Part shown: positions 32,606 through 45,435 of the stretch, piece after piece
Layout of the letters: each line of letters starts with the position of its first letter
Numbering within the stretch: the stretch's first letter is position 1
Assembly: GCA_043228905.1 (NCBI GenBank)
Contig: JBHGNT010000007.1
Coordinates: 1,984,001 to 2,048,000 of the forward strand
Direction of reading: 5' to 3'
DNA length: 64,000 nucleotides
From: Azolla caroliniana
Taxonomy: Eukaryota; Plantae; Polypodiophyta
Made by a program: the position numbers and the translations under genes
The notes under the pieces: model-generated
Database searches by the model: none
The model's input: only the letters and a program-made list of their open reading frames with translations
Told to the model about the DNA's origin: nothing

Positions 32606-34781
32606 CACAGACACGCAGAAGCGAGAAAGAGAGATATAGAACAAAACACTCGATTACAATATCAAGAGATTATAATAACAAGAGATTACAATAACTAGAG
32701 ATTACAATAACTCCGACGGTTACAACCGGCAAGGCGGCGACGGACCCAACACGGGGACCCAGAGAAACGCAGAAGGAAAAGCCTCTGTTGGCAGCGCACG
32801 GGCTACCCACGAAGCAGAGGCGTCGAACTCCCCCCTACCCACAAAGAATGACGGTCGGAGCAAGAGAGAGAGTTCGGCTCTCGGTCAGGCAGCACTTCGT
32901 CCTCCTTAACACGCGATACCTATTCCTTCCTTCTCTCCCTCCTTAAATAGTTCCCCAAAAGGGGGTGCCCCCTTTTCCTTAGCCAAACTGCTTTATTCCA
33001 TGTCCCTGTCGACAGAGATACGCACAAAATCCCCTAATAAATGTGCACTACCTAGTATTTACACCAGTCACCCTAATTACGAATTATGTACAATATATCA
33101 ATCCTCGTGTCCACCCATGTAAGAGCCGATTCATGCGCCTTTTTCTTCGATTCCGCCTATGGCCGGTTTTCTTCACGACACCGGCTTCTCCAAAAAGGAG
33201 AACCACTCCTCGTGGCTCATCATGTGGTTCGATGCACCGGAGTCAACGTACCACACTTCCTCCGATTTGGAAGTGGTCTTCTTCATTGAGTTTGCCTTGT
33301 GCTTCATCACCAAGGCTGGCCCCTTACCGTTCTTGGATCCTCCCGATCCGTTTGCGTAGTGCGAGCTTTGTCGGCCTTCCTTACCAGTCTTGCCGGATCC
33401 GGATTTGCCGAATCGGCACGCTATCTCCAGCACTCGCTTTCCCTATGGCCCTTTTTGCCACAGTGCCAGCATTCCGTAGCGGATTTGTCTTGCTGGCCTT
33501 CGGCACTACCTTGACTCCCCCTGCTTGTGGAAGTCCCGGAACTAATGTCGGCACGTTCATTGTGCCTTCGTTCCTGCTCTTGTCGGCCGCCTCCATTGCA
33601 TGCCGACCTGCCTCGTCCACCCCGTGGGACCGATCCGCTCCCGTGTACAACATCCGGCTGTCTGGGGATGCACTGGTAGATGCACCGGCGTGGTTCTCCT
33701 CTACAAGGAGCATCGATTGTAAGTTGAAAAATGAGGGTGTATTCTCCCTTGTACAAACCGCAGTCCGGAAAGCTCCGAACTTGGACGCCAGGCCTCCAAG
33801 ACAGACCTGCACCATCTCGTCTTCCTCTACGGTGACGTTGATAGAGGCAAGCGAGTCATAGATCCCTTTGATCCGGTATGTGTAATCTACCACCGACATG
33901 TTCTTCTATCGAAGATTGCTCAACTCCTGTCTGAGTTGCAGCTTTCGGGCAGTGGTGCTTGCGGCGAAGACCTTTTTCAAGTTTCCCCAAGGATCCTTCG
34001 GTGTCTTGGCATCACGGATATGGCTGAGCAGCTGGTCACCGACACTAGACGCGAAGCAATACATCACCCTACTTGCCGCCTGTTCCCACACTGGGAAGTC
34101 CTTGTGTGTCGTCTCCAATGCTGAATCGTTCACTCCATCAACATAACTCCAGTAGCCATGCCCAAGCAGGTACTGGTGCATCTTGTATGACCAAGATGCG
34201 TAGTTGGTTCTGTCGAGCTTCTCCACCGGGAGCGACGTAGCCATACCTCTGTCCATTTCTCCTTTTGTGTCTGTTTTCCGACCTGTTAGGGTTTCCTTCA
34301 CAAGAGTAGATGTCTACAGCAGAGGTTCTCAACCCACGCGCTCTGATACCATGTGAAAGATTGCTTGTGGAAGCGTTAGAAAGAACAATACACAAAGAGA
34401 GACAGAGAGTACGCGGGAGAGACAGAGAGAGAGAGAGAGAGAGCCGGACACACTAATCTTCAAAATTATATGAATACTCTGTTCTCTATATCTACAACGC
34501 GCTCATTAGCGCTATTTATACAAGTCCACACGGGACTGTTAGAAGTACGGTGTACTTCAATGCTCACACGAGCATCTGACACTAACTACAAGACTATAAC
34601 TGCCTAGTAGTCTAACCTATACTAGGCTTCCGGTTACGAATTGGATCCGGCATACCGGCTCCCCACCTCATCAGTCCTTACTGCTTACCGGCTCGGTTGC
34701 TTACCGGCATACTGATTCATCTCGCTTACCGGCTTAGGCTTATTCAGCCGATCCGGCTCCGGTTGAGCTTGCCGCTCAACA

Positions 34782-35425
34782 CTAGTGTTGTTCACCTTGA
34801 TTGTAATCAAGGTGCACCGAAGTATTTATACAAAAATGTGGTGGTATGCATGTAAACTAGGAACATCTAGAGAATGCATGGAAACTTCTAGAGAGTGCAT
34901 GTCTATGCATTCTCTAGAAGTTTCTTGAAAGTTCTAGTGATTAACTTACAATGTAATAAGTTGAAACTTATACAATACAATAATGTGTAGATGGAATGTA
35001 GCTCAATTGGTAACGTTGAACCCAATAAGACCAAGAGATCATGGGTTCAACCCCCTACATTCCATCATGTCCATGACATTGTCCTCTCTCTAAGGCCGCC
35101 TCCTGGGACTCGCGGTTGGCTTATATGGGTATCATTGATGAAAATCTCAAATGGCCTCCGAAGCATTTTGTAAATGTGTAACTGGTTCCCATGTGGCGTC
35201 AACCTCATAGTCTTCGCCCATCGACAATTCCACAAGTGGCTGTGGAGGAGGGTGTCGTCCGGAATTCGAGAATAATGGAGGAGGGAAACGTGAAAAACAT
35301 CGTGAATCCTGAATGTTGGAGGAAGTGCTAACCAGAAGGCAACTGGGTTGATCCGCTCGAGGATACGAAAGGGGGCTAGTCTTTTGTAGTCCAATTTTGC
35401 ACAAGGACGTGTGGTGGTGATGTGA
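34782..35425 (-). mobile_element. H1: 3' remnant of a Tcn1-like chromovirus (integrase tail, partial chromodomain, PPT, part of 3' LTR 34782-35078)
   Basis: KLDYKRLAPFRI...RIHDVFHVSLL; EDYEVD|ATWEP; LTR similar to the H2 LTRs and interrupted by the Copia F LTR. Confidence 0.85.
34992..35064 (+). other. 73-nt tRNA-like module, antisense within LTR H1
   Basis: TGGAATG TAGCTCAATTGGTA...GGGTTCAACCCC..CATTCCA: perfect 7-bp acceptor stem plus A and B boxes. Homologues at 40978-41048 and 45499-45569 (minus). Confidence 0.65.
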
Positions 35426-36414
35426 CGACGGCTTCCGTCTTGTTGTCGAAGGTTTGAGTTCCCTTTGTGTGATGGGTCGAATCTACCTCTTCTACCGCCT
35501 TGACCTCGTCCTCGGCCACCGTCCGAATTCGAGAAGAACATTTGTCCTTCCGATGTCTTGGTTTTGGTTTGGACATGGTTCTCTTCAACCATTAGCATTG
35601 ATTGAAGGTCGAAGAACAAAGGAGGATTTTCCCTCGCCAAGATTGCCGTCCTCAATGAGTCGAATCGTTGTGTGAGGCCGCCCAAGCATACTTGAACCAT
35701 ATCGTCTTCGTCGACGTTTATTTTGGCGGAGCCAAGCGAGTCGCAAATGCTCTTGATCTTGGCGGTGTAATCTGACACGGACATGTCTTTTTGCCGAATG
35801 TTGTTTGAAACTCTTGTTGGAGTTGAAGTTTTCGGGCGGTTGTGTTGGCAGCGAACATTTTCTTTAAGTACGCCCACGCTTCATTAGGTGTCTTGGAGTC
35901 TCGAATGTGGCTAAGCATGTGGTCATGGACACATGTTGGCAAGCAATACATGACTCGACTCGCCGCTTGCTCCCATGTAGTCGGCGTTCTTTGGGTCAGG
36001 TCAATTTTCTTGAGCGTCGTTGATGTAGCTCCAATACCCTTGGCCGATGAGGTATTGGGCCATCTTGTACTCCCAATATGAATAATTGCTCCGGTCTAGC
36101 TTTTTACTAGGGAGCGAGCTACCCATTTGTGTGTTCATGTTGATTGTAGTGTCTTCTCTTCTTTTGTTTTTCTTCCTTCAATCATGTACACGTGCTACAT
36201 AGCGGCACTACGGTAGCTGATAGCCGGATTTTGTCGTCGGCGTCTCGAACACACAATCACGAAGTCGGGTGGGCTTAGTGGATTTTCTAAACCACACGCT
36301 CTAATACCATGTTAAGAATTAGGTAAGTAATTAAGCAAGGATTAATTAGTACCTAATTGTGTGATTAGTTGATAAGCGAAAGATTAAGTGATATGTGTGT
36401 GTATGTGTGTGAGA

Positions 36415-36470
<56 letters not shown>

Positions 36471-36795
36471 GTTAACACTTATGAACAACACAAGATGGGG
36501 GATGATTAACTCTATATTAAATTAACATTATCATCATCAAATACAAAAATACCCATAATGAGGTATATATAGATCTCATGTGCAAGGGTGCACATGTGTG
36601 AGGAGAATATAGGTAGAAGGGTGTAAGTCCTATATTAAATGTACTTGGGAGCGGAGGATCTAGAATATCCCACTTAAGTAGAAGGTCCTATTTAAGGTGT
36701 TATAGTCAACTCTTCTAACTAGATTCTATCTAGGTAACTACGAAGTTACATGGTTGACTAACTAACTAAACTAAGTTGAGCTTGATCTCTCAACA
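35426..36795 (-). mobile_element. G1: Copia 5' LTR (36310-36795), iMet PBS (36298-36309) and gag fragment
   Basis: Homologous to the G2 5' region; DYTAKIKSICDSL; (GA)n tract in the LTR. Confidence 0.88.
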
Positions 36796-37030
36796 GTTGG
36801 CTTATCACGTTTACTCCGGAACCTCCATCCACAATTGTTTCGAGTATCTCTTTTCCTTTGATAATCACCGTTATTGTTGGACTATTGGTGTCCACTACTG
36901 TCGATCCTTCCTCCGGGTTGGAGAAGAACGTTGGTGTCAGCTCCGGGTTTTGTGATGTTACCATCGATTTAAGTTCTTCCGTGAATCCGGGAACTAATTG
37001 CAACAGGTGGCCTAGAGGCAACAGAGTACA
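36796..37030 (-). pseudogene. Athila/Tat-like aspartic protease fragment (probably element D)
   Basis: LPLGHLLQLVP...TIVDGGSGVNVIS, cut by the G1 LTR. Confidence 0.7.
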
Positions 37031-37393
37031 CAGTTCGGAAACACAGAGTACATGGTTCGGAAGTACGACAATTCGGTAAAACGCAGAAATCACAAAGAAG
37101 GAGAGACAGTGACAGAGACAGAGCAGAAAACGAAACTATATTCAAAAAATAATTCTCTGTATGTTCTCTGTGTACATAGTTCGAGGAGAGACAGAGACAG
37201 AGACAGAGCAGAAAAAGAAACTATATTGAAAAAATAATTCTCTGTATGTTCTCTGTGTACATACTTCGTGCTCAGTGAGCACCTTTTATACAAGCCCTGA
37301 CTATTGGGCTGACACAAGTACTTACAGTACTTGACCGCTCATAAATGAGCATCCTACACATACTCCCAAAATTATTCCTTACGAGGAATAACA
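37030..37393 (-). mobile_element. Truncated LTR fragment with an internal tandem duplication
   Basis: Minus strand begins TGTTATTCCTCG at 37393; TATAAAA-like box; duplicated AATAATTCTCTGTATGTTCTCTGTGTACATA block. Confidence 0.5.
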
Positions 37394-39120
37394 TTCTAAT
37401 GGCCTCTCGGTTTACACACGGCTACGGCCATATTGTGCGCACGGTTTTACGTACCCAGTCTACGCACTGGGTTACGCACCCGTTTACGCACCCAATGTTG
37501 AGCTTGTCTCTCAACAATAGTTTTGTATGAGCATCCTGGCTCGCTAAATGTGATCGAGCGACTGCGCCAATCCACTATTGGATTGTGCGCCTCCAACAAC
37601 ATTAGTCCTAAGACGATCGGATGTCGAGGAGATGCGATGAGGTAAAAGGGGAGCTCCTCCTGGTATGAGCCCACACGAAGGCCTAATGGGATCGTAGTTT
37701 GAGTAATTGCTCCTAACGCGAGGACACGCTCGTCGATGGCTTCAACGGGAATGGGTTTTGAGAGGCAAACGACGGGTACACCATGTGCTTGGGCGAACAC
37801 GATGTCGATGAAGCAAGAAGACACCCCAGAATCAAGTAAAGTGACAGACTGAATGGAAGTGGAATTAAAAGAAAGTCATACCTCCAATGTGAAATTGCAT
37901 GATGGTCTGGCAATGGAACCAAGAGAATGTGGGTGACGGGAGACGTACAGCTGCATGGCTCCTACTGCAACCGAACGATGTCTTTTTCCAGATATTGGGG
38001 TCTATTAGCTCCATGGAATTGAGGGCAATTAGTCCTAGGACAATGGCGAAGGAGATGACCCGAGGCACCACAATACATGCACAAGCCATTAGCCCACCGA
38101 TATTGTCGTTCGGCATCCGTCAACGGCCGAATTCGGGCTTGATCAATTTCCATGGGGATTGGAGCATCTGCCAAAGTAGGGGAGCGTGACGCAACCGACG
38201 GGAATGATACTTGGGGATGTACTACTTGGGTGTGTCGTGGAAGGAAATGAGTCCCCTAAGTCTCGCGCTCTTCCTGGCGAAATTCAAAAAGACAATTGTC
38301 AGAATGGACTGCTTGTGAGATCGCTTGGGATAATGAGGTGGGTTCAGGAAAGTTCAAGAGAAGATTCTTGGCATTGCTCCGAAGGTCCCGCCGAAAATGA
38401 TCAACTAAGGCTTGATCATCCCAGTTGACGTCACATGCTAGTTGTCGGAATTCTGAGGCATAGACAAAAGCTGCACGCGAACCTTGTTCGAGGGCATAAA
38501 GCTTGGTGAGAACTGTACGTCGTCGGTCTCTCTCTCCAAATGTGGCCTCTAACTCGGCGAGGAAGGCGGGAAAGTCCTCCAATAGAGGTGAAGAACTTTC
38601 TACTAATGGTGCAAACCAAGCTTGGGCCGGACCGGAGAGGAGGATGCCCACAAGGCCGACTTGTCGAAGATCATATGCATACCATTGAGGTTGTAGTTGA
38701 ATGATAAGACGTTCATCTGGTTGAAGAACCCCCAAAAACGTGACCTCGTTCCATCAAATTTTTCTGGGAGGCTAACCTTAGGCTAGATGTTGGTGGAAGG
38801 TTGGGCTCCGAGCAACGTTGCGGTGGGAAACTAGGCTCCGTGGGTTGTGAGAATAGGGAGGCACCTACTTGAAGTTGTCGTAAAGAATCCTGAAGAGCTA
38901 CATTTTCAAGCGGGATTTGTTCTAAGGTTGTCATTATTTGGCTTAAGTCAATGGTTGGGTCAGACATAGCTATGGCTAATGAGAGGGAGTGCTATGAGGA
39001 TGGAAGGTGGACAAACTGTCACGGATAGATCATAAGCTCAAGAGACTAGAAAGAAGATAACCAAATGGATGAGTGGTATTAATTGAAAGACTCCATAATT
39101 GGTGTTGTTCACCTTGAATT
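37394..39120 (-). mobile_element. Element I: truncated Tcn1-like chromovirus (partial 5' LTR 39017-39120, gag, protease)
   Basis: LLSGPAQAWF, LEQGSR..YASEF, PMEID, CMYCGASGHLLRHC, IVLGL..LEAHNP.VDW. Confidence 0.85.
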
Positions 39121-41429
39121 CCTTCAAGGTCATAACTTCCCTCACAATGGCTCAATGAGAAGATGCCCTCTATGAGTATAAGACCACAGTGCTGAATAAA
39201 CATGAACTCTCCTTGAAAAGGACCTGATCCAACCGCGCCTTCCAATACGGTTGGTATGCGTCCTTGGATTGTTGTTGTATACTTCGTTCCGTCGCAATCG
39301 CGACCACCATGTTCTTTATCTCTAAGGGTTTCCCTTGAGAAGACACATATTCTCTTGTGGAACCCACAAAGTTGGTGCTTGACACGAGAGAAGCTCCTCT
39401 CAAGACCATCTAGTAGAGGTTGCTCGTTCTCACATGTAACCCATGAAGTTTATCTTTCATAAAGGCAAGGGTGAGATACATATAAAACCTCGACTTGCAT
39501 TATTTATCTATTCACAACAAAACTATAATTATTTACTTCGCAAAGACTTAACATGAGAGTAACCCCTTGTTGAGATATCAAGCTCAACAAGATTTAGTTA
39601 GCTAGTCAACACACGTAACTTAGTAGTTACCTAGATAGAATCTAGTTAGTGTCTTAACCTTAAAGCCTTAAATAGGATTTTGTACTTGAGTGGGATATAT
39701 TGTAGATCCTCCACTCCCATGTTCATTTAATATAGAACTTACACCTTTGTACCTATATTCTACTCACACATGTGCACCTTTGCACATGAGATGTATATAT
39801 ACCTCATTGTGGGTATTTTTGTATTTGATAATGCTTTTTAATATAGTTAATCATCCCCCATTTATATTCATAAGTGTAAGTTCCTCTCTCTCTTCTCTCA
39901 CACACATACGCACACATATCACATAATCTTCTGCTACTTATCTTAATCACATAATTAGGTACTAATTAACCCGTAGTTAATTACCTAATCCTTAACATGG
40001 TATCAGAGCGGGTGGTTTAGCATGTCCACTTAGCCCACCCGACTCTTCATGATTGTGTGTTCGAGACACCGACGACAAATCCAGCTATCGGCTACAGTAG
40101 TGCCGCTACGTAGCACATGTACGTGATTGAAAATGAAAGGAAGAAGAAGAGAAGACACTAATCAACATGAACACACAAATGGGTAGCTCACTCCTTAGTG
40201 AAAAGCTAGACCAGAGCAATTATTTATCTTGGGAGTACAAGATGAACCAATACCTTGTCGTCCAAGGGTATTGGAGCTACATAAACGACGCACTCGAAAT
40301 CAAACCCGACAACACAAACGTCAACTAACCAACGTGGGAGCAAGGAGCGAGTCGGGTAATGTATTTCTTGACAACATCTATCCACGACCACATGTTTAGC
40401 CACATTCGAGACGTGGGAGAACTTGAAGAAGATGTTTGCCGCCAACACGACCGCCTGAAAGCTTCAACTACTACAAGAGTTGAACAACATACGACAAAAG
40501 GATATGTTTGTGTCGGACTACACCGCCAAGATCAAGAGCATTTGCGACTCGCTTGGCTCCATCAACATAAACGTCGACAAAGACAAGATGGTTCAAGTAT
40601 GCTTGGGCGGCCTTGCACAACGATTCGACTCGTTAAGGACGGCTATCCTAGCAAGGGAAAACCCTCCTTCGTTCTTCGCCCTTCAATCAATACTATTGGT
40701 CGAAGAGAACCACATCCGAACCAAGACCAAGATGTTGGAAGGACAAATGTTCTTCCCGAATTCGGATGGTGGCCAAGGACAAGGTCGAGTTGGTAGAAGA
40801 GGTCGATTCGATCCATCTCACAAAGGGAACTCAAACCTTCGACAAGAAGACGGAAGCCATCAAGGAACCTTCTGAAGCAGGGGGAGGTTCCATGTCGAAC
40901 AAGGTCAATAAACAAGGCCCACCACTTGTAACTATTGCGGCAAAATTGGCCACAATTTTCATAGACAAGATGCCACATGGAATAGTGAGGTTTGAACCCA
41001 TGAACTCCTGGTCTTATTGGGCAACCTTACCAGTTGAGCTACATCCATCTATGCATTATTGTATTATATAAGATCAACTTATTACATGGTAGATTGATCA
41101 CTAGAACTTTCAAGAAACTTCTAGACAATGCATCTTCATGCACTCTCTAGAAGTTCTCTAGCTTTCATGCATACCTCCACATTCTTGTATAGATACTCGG
41201 GTGCACCTTGATTACAATCAAGGTGAACAACACTAGTTATGAAAGCATAATTCAGTTCTTGTTCTTTTATCTATTTTCTCTCTCTCTCTTGCTTGTTCAC
41301 TTGTTTATGCTCTCTCTCCCATTATCTCTTAGTATTGAGCCTCTTCTACTTGTCCTTGACAGTCTTGTTCTCTTGCTTATGGTCTCGCTCTCTCTTAGTA
41401 TTTAGCCTCAACCACCCGTTCATGACAGT

Positions 41430-41440
41430 TTGTTCACCTT
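41430..41440 (+). promoter_or_regulatory. Self-priming PBS of H2
   Basis: TTGTTCACCTT is the exact complement of AAGGTGAACAA at 41220-41230, about 30 bp downstream of the LTR TATA box. Confidence 0.8.
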
Positions 41441-44400
41441 CCCATTTTCTAAGCCTCGGCATGTTGGATCTTACCGAGAGAATAAATCAGCTCATGGAAT
41501 CCATGCATCAACTTCAAGTTGAGAATGACAACCTGATGGAACTTGAAGAAAAAAACAACTCTCCTCCTGCATCAACAAATGTTCTACCTATAGAGCCTGG
41601 TCCCTCGTCTAGTCTTACTCCACCTCCTCCCCATCCCACTACAAGTATGGAGCCCAAGATTAGTTTACCTGACAAGTTCGACGACACAAGGAAGCACTTC
41701 CGGGGATTCATAAATTAGATCAAGCTTATTATCCAACTACAGCCTCAACGGTATGCGGATGATTTTCATCAAGTTGGTCTCATCGAGACCCTTCTGTCAG
41801 GAGCTGCACAAGCCCGGTTTGCACCGTTGATTGAAACTTCATCACCACTTCTACAAAATTTTCCTGCCTTTCTGGCAGAGTTCGAGGCAACATTTGGGGA
41901 TATCGACCGACGCCGAACTGTCATTACCAAACTCTATTCATTACATCAAGGTATGTGTCTGGTATCCGTTTATGCCTCTGAATTTAGAAAATTAGCATAT
42001 GATGTTCAGTGGGATGGCCAAGCGCTCTGTGACAATTTTCATCTGGGCCTTCGAAGCGAGATTAAAAATTTACTACTCAACTTTCCGGAGCCTACGTCAT
42101 TGTCACAAGCCATCACGCAAGCAATTAGTTGTGACAATCGGTTGTTTGAGCTTCATCAAGAGGAACGAGCAACTTCAAGGTGGCAACCCCCTTCTTGAGC
42201 ATTCACCAAAGCCATTGCCCCACTTATCTTACAGCTCGGGGACCACTAGGAGGTCTTAACGTTTTATGATATCACTTCACCGTGACATCCGGTCATCCTT
42301 GGTTTGTCTTGGTTGAAGGCGCAGAATCCACTTGTCGATTGGCGCAATCACTGGATTACTTTCTCCCAAACCAGCTCAGAGGTGCAAGCAGTATCTCATA
42401 ATGCAACAACAATATGGCACAAATCGCTTTCATGTGCTCACCCTCCCATTAAAGCGGGAATCAACTCCAAGGCGGATGCTTACGTCCCAATCACAACAAG
42501 GACAATAGTGCATAATGCCTCTAATTCAAGCAATCCAATGAAGACAGCTACCGACTCACTACCGTCCAAGTATGAAGACTTCAGGGACGTGTTTGAGAAA
42601 AAGAATGTTGATCGCTTGCCTAAGCATCGACCCTACGATTGTCCGATCGATTTGCAAGAAGGTGTTAGTCCTCACTTCGGCCCAATTTATGGGTTGTCAA
42701 AACTAGAACTCCAGGCACTCCGAACTTATCTCGACGAGAACCTTGAAAAGGGTTTTATTCAACCCTCAAAATCACCAATAGAAGCTCCTATTTTGTTCGT
42801 GAAAAAGAAAGATGGCTCCTTACACCTTTGCGTCGACTATCGGGGTCTAAACAAGATTACAATTCGCAACTGCTACCCATTGCCTCTCATCCCAGAGTTA
42901 TTGGATCGACTCTGAACTGGGTGGATCTTCTCTAAGATTGACCTACGGGGAACATACAATCTGGTACAGATCAAACCTGGAGATGAATGGAAACCCGCCT
43001 TTAGAACGTGCTACGGTCATTTCGAGTATAAGGCAATGCCTTTCGGACTCACTAATGCTCCTGCAATATTTCAACATATGATGAATGACATCTTCCTAGA
43101 ATATCTAGATCACTTTGTTGTGATCTATCTAGATGATAACTTGGGCTTCTCTTTGAACATCAAGGAGCATACTTGACATGTCAAGTTAGTCCACACCAAA
43201 CTTCACGAGCATGGACTCTATGCTAAAAGTGAAAAATGTGAATTTGATCGTACTTCTATAGAGTTTCTTGAGTATGTCATCTCGACACAGGGAATCACAA
43301 TGGACATACGGAAATTCACGACTATCCAAGAGTGGGTTGTCCCAACTCGAGTACAAGATGTGCAATCATTCCTTGGTTTTGCCAATTTTTATCGTCGCTT
43401 CATCAAAGGATTCTCAGTGATTGCACAACCTCTCATTGCTCTTACCCACAAGGATGCTACTTTCAAATGGACAATAGCTACACAAAAGGCGTTCGACTTG
43501 CTGAAACAAGCCTTTACTATGGCACCAATCCTTTTACATCATGACCCCTCTAAGCCTTTCCAAGTTGAAACGGATGCTTCCGATTTTGCCATTGGGGTGA
43601 TCATCCTTTCCCAGCTAGGTGAGGTCTATGTGCTTCACCCGGTGGCTTCCTACTCCTGCAAATTCATGGCCCAGAAATCAACTACCCCATATATGACAAG
43701 GAGCTTCTCGTTATTATTGTTGTATTTGAAGAATGGAGACCCTATTTAGCCGGGGTGCAACACCGTATCCAAGTGATTACCGATCACAAAAATCTAATAT
43801 ACTTTTCTGCCACACAAACTTTAAATCGTAGACAAACACGATGGTCAACTTTCTTGGCAAACTATGATTTTGAGACAATCTTTCGTCCCGGCGCTCAACA
43901 CATGACGGCTGATGTCTTATCCCGTCGGTCTGAGTTCGAGCTCACTCCGAAGGATGAAGCCTATGTCCAGTAGTCCTAGAGTTTGTTAAAGCCTGACCAA
44001 TTCTACACCTTCGCGACTTGCTTGCTCTGGGATGACTCTTTGCTCAAGCAAATAGCAAAAGCCACCACAACTGACAAGTTCGCCCAGAGTTCAAGGCAAG
44101 TATCACAAACCCCTCCCATGAACCCAAAAGGCATGATTTAGCTCGTTTTACAAATCAAGATAATCTTTTGTTTCGAGATAATCTTTTGTATGTTCCAGAA
44201 GGTCTGTGTCGGACCAGGGTGCTCCACGAGTGTCATGATGATCCACTTCTTGGTCCTTTAGGCGTTGCGAAAACCTTGGAGTTGATATCTCGGGGGTATT
44301 GGTGGCCACAACCATGGAAATTGGTCAAAGATTTCATTAAGTCACGCAACATTTGTGCTCGCTCTAAAGCATCTCATCATCAACCATATGGTCTCCTTCA

Positions 44401-45306
44401 CCCTCTCCCAATCCCCAAATGGCCTTGGGTCTCTCTTTCCATGGATTTCATCACTGACCTTCCCTTTGTTAGTGGCTATGACTCGGCATTCGTCATGGTC
44501 AATCGCTGCACCAAGATGGCTCATTTTGCTCCATGTGCCAAAACCATTATTGGAGAGGAGACAGCCGATTTGTTTTTAAAAAATGTGGTTCGACTACATG
44601 GACTCCCAGATGATATCACTTCTGATCGAGGACCACAATTTGTGTCCAAATTCTGGCTTCGCCTTCTGCAAACCTTCGGTTGTACTGTGAATCTATCTTC
44701 CGCCTATCATCCGCAAACTGATGGACAAACGGATCAGGTTAACCAAATCCTAGAACAATACTTGCAATTCTCTCTAAGCTACCAACAAGACAACTAGGTT
44801 GACCTTCTCCCACTTGCCGAGTTCGCCTACAACAACTCTTTGCATGCATCTACAGGAGTTACTCCATTTTTCGCAAACTACGGTCTCCACCCCCGCTTCA
44901 ACATTCCGTTTCCCTCTTACTCTGTCAATCCATCTGCGGAGGACCGAGCACGTCTTTTGGAGGATGTACATTGTGACCTTTCCTTGGAGTTCACCCTCGC
45001 TAGCAAACACTACAAGGAGCAAGCTGACCGTCTTCGCTTAGATGCTCCTCGGTTCGAGGTAGGGGACTTTGTTTGGCTTCTTCGTCACAATATTGCCATC
45101 ACTTGTCCTTGTCCAAAGCTTGATTACAAGAAGTAGGCCCTTTCCGAATCATCGAGAAAATTGGTTCCATTGTTGTCCACTTAGAGCTACCATCCCACTT
45201 CCGTATTCATAATGTATTCCATGTCTGCCTTCTGGAACCTCACCATATATCTGAAATCCCCGATCGACACTCTTCTCCTCCACCACCAATCCAACTCTCG
45301 GCCAGA

Positions 45307-45435
45307 GAAGAATATGAGGTCAACCAAATTCTCGACTCTCGTCTCTTCCGTCGCCAACTTCAATACTTTGTCCTCTGGAAAAGGTACCCGATCTCCGAAG
45401 CAACATGGGAGTCGGCACACCATCTCAACAATTTC
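45307..45435 (+). pseudogene. Integrase chromodomain of H2
   Basis: EEYEVNQILDSRLFRRQLQYFVLWKRYPISEATWE. Confidence 0.85.

Larger units (their letters stand above)
26158..33180 (-). mobile_element. Element B2: full-length Ty3/Gypsy of the B lineage with a different LTR body
   Basis: LTRs 32503-33180 (5') and 26158-26833 (3'); 4-bp TSD CCGG; Trp PBS 32481-32498; PPT just after 26833. Confidence 0.95.
22421..34781 (-). mobile_element. Element F: Ty1/Copia, 3' LTR missing, interrupted by B2
   Basis: 5' LTR 34352-34781; tRNA-iMet PBS 34340-34351; gag 34301-33181 with CWHCGKKGH; PR WYVDSGASNHM; IN 25986-25027; RT with LYVDD near 23900; RH YCDN, RTKHIEVHYHF. Confidence 0.9.

Noticed and set aside
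33043-33861. 272-aa plus-strand ORF
   Set aside because: It spans the B2 LTR / Copia F junction antisense to gag; a chance frame.
34992-35064. Functional tRNA gene
   Set aside because: No proper anticodon stem-loop and an imperfect T-stem; reported as tRNA-like only.
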